A DNA stretch of 64,000 nt, from the NCBI RefSeq assembly GCF_009914755.1, contig NC_060941.1. One strand, given 5' to 3'. The notes beneath the pieces are model-generated. The model saw only the letters and a program-made list of their open reading frames with translations, was not told where the DNA came from and made no database searches. This DNA is from the human T2T-CHM13v2.0 reference genome, Homo sapiens. Below, one piece after another: positions 53,725 to 64,000 of the stretch. Each line of letters opens with the position of its first letter. Positions within the stretch are counted from its first letter, which is position 1. The position numbers were made by a program, and so were the translations under genes.

Positions 53725-56220
53725 ACCAGTTCTGCTCTGATCTTGGTTATTTCTTTTCTTCTGCTGGGGTTGGATTTGGTTTGTTCTTGTTTCTCTAGTT
53801 CCTTAAGGTGTGACATTAGATTGTCTATTAATGCTCTTTCAGACTTTTTCTTTTAAATATAGGCATTTAATGCTATGAGCTTTCCTCTTAGTACCGTTTT
53901 TGCTGTATCCCAAAGGTTTTGATAGGTTGTGTCATTATCATTGTTCCGTTCAAAGATTTAAAAAATTTTCATCTTGATTTCATTGTTGACCCAACAATCA
54001 TTCAGGAATACATTATTTAATTTCCATATATTTGCATGGTTTTGAGGTTTCCTTTTGGAGTTGATTTCCAATTTTATTCCACTTTGGTCTGAGAGAGTAC
54101 TTGATATAATTTCAATTTTCTTAAATTTGTTGAGACTTGTTTTGTGGCCTATCATAATGTCTATCTTGGAGAATGTTCCATGTGCTGATGAATAGAATGT
54201 ATACTCTGCAGTTGTTGGGTAGAATGGTCTGTAAATATCCCTTAAGTCCATTTGCTCTAGGGTATAGTTTAAGTCCATTGTTTCTTTGTTGACTTTCTGT
54301 CTTGATGACCTGTCTAGTGCTGCCATTGGAGTATTGAAGTCCCCCACTATTATTGTGTTGCTATCTCATTTCTTAGGTCTAGTAGTAATTGTTTTATAGA
54401 TTTGGGAGCTCCAGTGTTAGGTGCATATATATTTAGGACTGATATTTTCCTGTTGGACTAGTCCTTTTATCATTATATGATGTCTCTTTTTGTCTTTTTT
54501 AATTGCTGTTCCTTCAAAATTTGTTTTGTCTGATATAAAAATAGCTACTCCTGCTCATTTTTGGTGTCCATTTGTATGGAATATCTTCTTCCACCCCTCT
54601 ATCTTAAGCTCATGTGAGTCCTAATGTGTCAGGTGAGTCCCCTGAAAACAGCAGATACTTGGTGAATTCTTATCCATTCTGCCATTCTGTATTTTTGAAG
54701 TGGAGCATTTAGGCTATTTACATTCAATGTTAGTATTGAGATGTGAGGTACTACTCTATTCATAATACCATTTGTTGCCTGAATACCTTTTTTTCATTGT
54801 GTTATTGTTTTCTAAGTCCTGTGAGATTTATGCTTTCAGGAGATTCTAGTTTGGTGTATTTTGTGGATTTGTTTCAAGATTTAGAGCTCCTTTTAGCAGT
54901 TCTTGTAGTGCCGGCTCGGCAGTGGCAAATTCTCTCTGCATTTGTTTGTCTGGAAAAGACTATCTTGCCTTCATTTATGAAGCTTAGTTTTGCTGGATAC
55001 AAAATTCTTGGCTGATAATTGTTTTGTTTAAGGGGGCTAAATATAGAACCCCAATTCCTTCTAGCTTGTAGGGTTCCTGCTAAGAAATCTGCTGTTAATC
55101 TGATAGGTTTTCTTTTATAGGTTACCTGGTACTTTTGCCTCACAGCTCTTAAGAGTCTTTCCTTCCTCTTGACTTTAGATAATCTGATGACTACTTGCCA
55201 AGGTGATGGTCTTTTTACAATGAATTTCCCAGGTGTTCTTTGAGCTTCTTTTATTTGGATGTCTGAATCTCTAGCAAGTCTGAGGAAGTTTTCCTCAAAT
55301 ATGTTTTCTAAACATATTTGGGGAACATATTTCTAAACATTCCCTCAAATATGTTTTCTAAACTTTTAGATTTCTCTTCTTCCTTGGGAACACCAATAAT
55401 TCTTAGATTTGGTCGTTTAACATAATCTCAAGCTTCTTAGAGGCTATATTCATTTTTTAAATTCTTTTTTCTTCACCTTTGTTGGATTGGTTTAATTCAA
55501 AAGCCTTGTCTTCAAGCTCTGAAGTTCTTTCTTCTGCTTGTTTGATTCTACTGCTGAGACTTTCCAGCACATTTTGCATTTCTCTAACTGTGTCCTTCAT
55601 TTCCAGAAGTTGTGATTGTGATTTATTTATGCTATCTATTTCACTGGAGATTTTTCCATTCATATGCTGTATCTTTTTTTTTATTTCTTTAAGTAGGACT
55701 TCACCTTTCTCTGGTGCCTCCTTGATTAGCTTAATAATTGACCTTATGAATTCTTTTTCTGGCAATTCAGAGATTTCATCTTGGTTTGGATCCATTGCTG
55801 GTGAGCTAGTGTGATCTTTTGGGGGTGTTGAAGAGCCTTGTTTTGTCATATTACCAGAACTGTTTTTCTGGTTCCTTCTCATTTGGGTAGGCTGTGTCAG
55901 AGGGAAGATACAGGACTCAAGGACTGCTGTTCAGATTATTTTGTCCCACGGAGTGTTCCCTTGATTTGGTGCTCTTTCCTCTCCCCAAGGATGAGGCTTC
56001 CTGACAGCCAAACTGTAGTGCTTGTTATTTCTCTTCTGTATCTAGCCACCCAGCAGAGCTACTGGGCTCTGGGCTGGTACTGGAGGGTGTCTGCAAAGAG
56101 TCCTGTGATGTGATCTGTCTTCAGGTCTCTCAGCCATGGATACCAGTACCTGCTCCAGTGGAGGTAGCATGGGAGTGAAGTGGACTCTGTGAGTGTTCTT
56201 GGTTGTATTTTTGTTAAGTG
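53725..56220 (-). mobile_element. Older L1 (L1PA13-16/L1PREC/L1PB-like): part of 5'UTR, ORF1 and ORF2 endonuclease, 3' portion missing
   Basis: ORF1 remnant MRRNQKNSSGNMTKQGSSTPPKDHTSSP (55882) and ORF2 remnant MGDFNTP...; homology ends at [10 protein letters not shown] (~53725). Confidence 0.9.
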
Positions 56221-57056
56221 CCTAATTCATTGTTTTATACAGTTAATATTTCTTTCCCTTCTCTTTGGTCAATACCTGGATCTCAAAAGGCAAGCTCACT
56301 AGAGTCAGGGCCAGGAACTCAGTTGGGTACTTGGTTGGTGTGTTCTCCAGGGTTGGGGATAAGACTAGGACTGGGGACTTACCCAGCATGATCTTTGGAG
56401 CCAGGACTGGGGCTGACATTGCAGACTCAGTCGACGTGCTTGGTAGGTTTGGGTTCAAGAGGACAGCCCACAAATCAGGAGCAACAGGGCTGGGGCCAAG
56501 TTAGCCACATAACTAGGAGTATGAAGACACAAAAATGGATTGAGCAAATAATGGAAATGGAAATGTATCAAAGATAATGGAAGTCAAGTCACTCAATGTT
56601 GAAGAAGCTTCTATAAAAAATACAGAAAGTTGGAGGGAAAAAAAATAAAGCAAAACAACAACAACAACAAAAAACTCTGGGATGTTGGCCTGGAATTGGA
56701 GGTGAACTCACTGTTCATTAACTTATTAGAGGTAAACTCATGGTTTTAAATATAGATAGGTAGATGGAAGGAAGGAAAGAAGAAAGGAAGGAAGGAAGAA
56801 AGGAAATGGTGATTAGTGGGAACACATAAACATAGGTATACTAGTTATGTTTACTGAGAAAGCCTAGAAAGAATGACACATGGGGTGGTAATGTGCGCTT
56901 CAGTGCCCAGTTTATAAATACTATCCTCCACTATAGAAACAAGAGCTCCTGGGATAAGTGGCTGACTCCAGAATTAGAATATTCTATCGTGTCAAAGAGA
57001 AAGGGATTACTCAAAGAAAGATGGAGACGTGTCAAAAACATTTAAAAACCAATCTG

Positions 57057-57378
57057 GGCTGGGTACAGTGGCTCATGGCCAGGCTTGGTGGCTCATGTCT
57101 GTAATCCCAGCAACTTAGAAGGCCAAGGCGGGAGGATCACTTGAGGCCAGGGGTTCAAGACCAGCCTGGCCAACATGGTGAAACCCCATCTGTACTAAAA
57201 AACTACAAAAAGTAGATGGGTATGGTGGTGCATGCATGTAGTCCCAGCTATTGAGGAGGCTAAGGCAGGAGTATCGCTTGAACCCGGGAGGCAGAGGCTA
57301 TAGTGAGCCGAGATCGTGCCACTTCACTCCAGCCTGGGTGACAGAGTAAGACTCCGACTCAAAAAAAAAAAAAAAAAA
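57057..57378 (+). mobile_element. Alu (AluS-like) with duplicated 5' head
   Basis: ggctgggtacagtggctcat followed by ggccaggcttggtggctcatg..., A-tail, TSD-like aaaaaccaatctg / aagagccaacctg. Confidence 0.93.
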
Positions 57379-58440
57379 GAGCCAACCTGAAGAGTCTCAC
57401 ACTGGCCAATTTGGGACAATTTGATAACCAAAATAAATACATTTTTTATTACAAAATAATTTATTTTAGCCCATTGAATAAAATCAAAGAAGATAAAGTT
57501 TTATCGTAGAATAAAATGCTAACCAATGCATATAGATGGAATGGTGAAGTTAGAAAATCACCAACTTCTAACCATCAGAGTAAAAATTGATTCAGGCAAG
57601 AATCATCTATGGATACTAAAACTCATGGGTGAAAATTTAACTATTGACATAGCCTCAAAGTATCTCCCCACAACATAATTAATAACATGAATTAATAAGT
57701 ACAAAACACTTATTAATTAACATATATAATTAAGAGAAGAGAAGAGACTTGACAACATTTTAACCAAGTAATAAAAGCTAACATCACCAGTAATGGGGCA
57801 AATCAGCCTGAATATCTCCTGATAATGGTGCACTGAGAAGGACACAGCATTACTTCAATTACTTTCCTGCTAAAAATACATCAACTGAATCTAATCAGGA
57901 GAAAATATCAGGCAAATCAAATTGAGGGAGATTCTGCTAAGTAACTGATCTTACTGTCAAGGTCACAAAATATAAGGAAAGACTGAGCAACTATTTCATA
58001 TTGATGGAAACTAAAGAGACATGACAGCTAAATGCAACATGATCTTGGATTGGACCATGAACCTGTAAAGGATATGATTAGGACAATGAAAAAAGCCTTA
58101 ATGAAATATTTGGATCAGATGGTGACATTAAACTGATGTTAATTTCCTGATTTCATATTTTTAATGCCGTTGTTCTGTAGCAGAGTATCTTTGTTTTTAG
58201 GAAATATACTGAACTATTAAGGTATAATTAGGCATTCTGTCTACAGTCTAATCTCAAACGGTTCAAGACACAAAACACTCCCTTTAAAGATAGAGAGATA
58301 GATCATTCTATATCACATATTTATGTGTGTGTATGTTTGTAAGTGTGTGTGCGTGTGTGTGGGGGGGGGCGTGTAACACCAGATGCTCCACATCTGGTAT
58401 TGCAACACTTGGTATTGTTGTTCTTTTAAAAAAGCTGGCC

Positions 58441-58781
58441 GTGCAGCCATAAAAAAGGATGAGTTCATGTCCTTTGCAGAGACATGGATGAAGCTGGAAA
58501 CTATCATTCTCAGCAAACTAACACAGGAACAGAAAACCAAACTCTGCATGTTCTCACTCATAAGTGGGAGCTGAACAATGAGTACACATGGACACAGCGA
58601 GGGGAACATCACACACCAGGGCCTGTTGGTGGGTGGTGGGCTAGGGGAGGGATAGCATTAGGAGAAATACCTAATGTAGATGACGGGTTGATGGGTGCAG
58701 CAAACCACCATGGCACATGTATACCTATGTAACAAACCTGCATGTTCTGCACATGTATCCTAGAACTTAAGGTATATTTTT
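58441..58781 (+). mobile_element. 5'-truncated L1PA (L1PA7/8-like) 3' end
   Basis: ORF2 C-terminus AIKKDEFMSFAETWMKLE plus 3'UTR. TSD aaaaaagct(g/a)gcc at 58428 and 58782. Confidence 0.92.
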
Positions 58782-61188
58782 AAAAAAGCTAGCCATTATT
58801 ATTATGTGCATGGTTCCATCTCATACGGTTTCAAATTGCATTTCACTCATGAATAATGAGGTTGAGCACCTGTTCAAATGTTTGGTGGCTATCCTGTTTT
58901 ATAAAGTTCAAGGCCATGTCTTTTGTCATTTTTATTTGGGATTGTCTGTCTTTTCATTATGAATTAGAAGTATTTTCGACATTCCAGATTGGAACCCTTT
59001 GTCAGGCATAAGAATTGAAATATCTTCTCATAATCTGTGATTTGACTGTGTACTCCCTTAAAGATGCTTTTTGATTAAAAAAAACAAGTTCACAATTTTA
59101 ATATAGTCCATTTATCATGTTCCTTCATGGTTTATACTTTTGTTTTCTGTTTAAGAAAACTTTTTAAAACCTAATGTCATTAAGGTATTCTCTTATGATA
59201 TTTTCTAGAAACTTCATTTCTTTTTCTGTTCACATTTAGAGCTACAATCTACCTGGAATTAATTTTTGTGTATGCTGAAAGATAGGAAAGATAGGAATCA
59301 AGATTATATTTTTTCCTATAAATATCTGATTCCTATAAATATCTTTACTAACTAATCAAAGCACACGAGTTATTTAAAAGACTATTTTTCCTAACTTCTT
59401 TAGAATGCAAACTTTGTTATAAATCTGATGTCCATATACGTATGATTCCACTTCTGTACCCTCTAATCTGTTCCCTTGGTATATTTTCTATTCTTGGAGT
59501 AATGGCACATGTTTTAATGACTACAACTTTATAATAAGTGTTAATATCTGGTAGTATAAGTTCTACATCTTTGTTCTTTATGATTGTCTTGATGATTTTT
59601 GGCTTTGTATTTCTCCTTATATAAAGTTTAGAATAAGCTTATCAATTTCCATGAAATACTTGCTTGGATTTTAATTGAGATTACATTGCATTTGTGGGGG
59701 AATTGACAACTTGATTATTCAGAGTCTTCCAATTCGTGTGCATGCCATATCCCTCTGCTTATTCAAGTCTCTTGATTTCTCTTAGTAATGCTTAGTAGTT
59801 TCCGAGGTATTGCACGTGTCTTGTCAGATTTATTCTTAGGTATTAAGGTTTTTATAAACTATTGGAAATCGTGTCACTTATGAAATGTCATCTCTTAATG
59901 TTAGTTACATGTAAAAGTAAAATCAATTTTTGTATTATTAATGAGCAATTGTGCTAAATTCACTCAATTATTTATAGCTTATGTGTAGACTCAGATGTTT
60001 TTTATGAAACCAATGTTTCATGCCAAAATATGACAGCTTTATTCCATCCTTTACAATCATGATAATTTCATTTCAGATTCTTATATCTCATTTACTAGGA
60101 CCTCCAGTGCAATGTTGAATAAAAGTGGACAGCTCTTGTCTCAGTCCTGCTCTCAAAGGGAAGTTTTCAATATTCTACTATGAAGCGTTATGCTTGCTGG
60201 AGGTATTTTGTATATGCTGTTTATCAAATTAAGGAAGTTTCCTGTATTTGTTAGTTTGCTTAGGGTTTTTTTTTTCTTTTAGCTTTGAAATGGCTTTGAA
60301 ACTCAATAAATGATTTTTTAATTCAAATGATCATATGATTTTTCTACTTCATTTTATAATTGTGATAAAATACATTCATTGGTTTTTCCAATTTTAAAAC
60401 AAGCTAATATTTTAAAAATCAAACCAACCTAGTTACAATGTATCATTTTTTCAGGTATTACTGGATTCCATTTGCTATTATTTAATTCAGGACTGTTACA
60501 TCTATGCTCATGAAAGATACTGCCCTATAATTTTTCTTTCTTGAAAGTCCTTCTCAGGGTTTGGCCTCAACATTATAATGATTTTATCAAATAAACTGGA
60601 CTGTGTTTCTTGTTTAATTATTGTCTGAATATATTTTTATAAGAATTCATGTTTTTGCTTCCTTTAGTACTTAGAAGTAAAGCATTCTGGAATTTACCTG
60701 TCAAAAGTTTTTAATTACAGATTCCACTAATTACTAGAATTGAAATATTAAAATGTTCTATCTTTCTTGGTTCTCTTTAATAAATTGTGTTTTTCTCACA
60801 TTTTATCCATTTCATAAAATTTTAAAATATATCTATCTGAAGTTGTTCACTTTTTTTATTATTTTGTAACATCTGTAGTCTCTGTAATAATGTCTTCCTT
60901 TTGATCTCTGATGTTGCTAAATTGGAACTTTTCACTTTTGATTCCTTGGTCAGTCTTGCAAAGGGATTAACATTTTATTAATCTTTTCAAAGAGCAAACT
61001 TTTTGCATTGGCATTTTTCTTCATTGCATGTTTATTTTATGTTTTCATTAATTTCTGCTTTTATTTTTTTTGTTCCATTTTTTGGATTTGATTTTCTACC
61101 TTTTTTCTAATTCTTGAGAAAAATACCTAGATGACTGATTTTAAGTTTTTCTTTTTAATACATGCATTTAATTCTATGAATCTCTGTC

Positions 61189-63253
<2,065 letters not shown>

Positions 63254-63699
63254 TGAATCTCTTAAACACAGCTTTTAAAGCTCACACATTTTAATATGAC
63301 ACATTTTCATCATAATTTACCTCAAAATATATTCTCATTTCCATTGTGATTTCTTCTTTGATCTATGAGTTATTTAGACAAAATTGACTAAAGTTTTAAG
63401 CTTTGAGATATTATAAAAATAAATCATTTTATTGTTGGTGTTAATTTAATTCCATAATGGTTAAAGAACACATTCTATGTGTTCAAACCTTTTCTATTTT
63501 TGAGATTAGCTTTGTAGTCCAACATAGAGAGTCAGTTTGATAAATGTTCCACGTGTATTTGAAAAAATGTATATGCTGAAGTTGTTGGTTACAGACATGT
63601 CAACTAAGTAAATTTTGCTTGTAGTGTTTTTCTACTCTAATGACATTTTCAGAAAAAAAAATGAAAGCTGAATGAATTTGTTACTAGAATAACAATATT

Positions 63700-64000
63700 T
63701 CACTATGAGAAAATCTGAAGGGAAATGATTCCAGTGGAAACACAGATCTTCAGGAAGTAAACAACAGCACTGTAAATGATCAGGAGCAAGACAAGAAGCA
63801 TCTCCTATTCCTTTTCAACATTGTTCTCAACGTCCTAGGCAGTGCAATAAGGTAAGATAAAAAGAAACAGAGACATAAGGATTAGAAAGAAAGAACTTAA
63901 AATGTCATATACAGGTAACATGATTATATACATAGGAAATACAAGGAGATCTACAAAAACTACTAGAATGAAGTGAATTTCTCAAGATCACAGGAATTAA
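63700..64000 (+). mobile_element. L1M ORF2 fragment
   Basis: caggagcaagacaagaagc...ttcaacattgttctc...acatgattatatacatagg resembles the L1 RT region. Confidence 0.7.

Overview
This is human (hominid) genomic DNA from the MCP/eotaxin CC-chemokine cluster on chr17q12. It holds three intact three-exon + strand genes: CCL7 (567-2078), CCL11 (16084-17965) and CCL8 (50112-51517). The rest is largely retroelement sequence: a near-full-length L1PA7/8-like LINE-1 (+), a near-full-length L1PA2-like LINE-1 (-) inside an ERVL/LTR16-like remnant, an older 3'-truncated L1, L1M fragments, about 8 Alus (one very young AluYa-type), a MER9 solo LTR, MLT1 elements, and a PGRMC1 retrocopy carrying a tiny SVA stub. 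The locus is well studied and I see no clearly new gene system. The most notable observations are: (i) two relic chemokine pieces, a promoter plus exon 1 at ~33.5-33.8 kb and an intron 2/exon 3/3'UTR at ~53.0-53.3 kb; (ii) a young L1 that has lost its YY1 site but keeps an intact ORF0 whose two splice donors are phase-compatible with CCL8 exons 2 and 3; (iii) an apparent CCL8 Glu49Val allele; (iv) nested insertions, including one L1-endonuclease site used twice. Repeat subfamily names and reference alleles come from recalled consensus sequences and need RepeatMasker/alignment confirmation.
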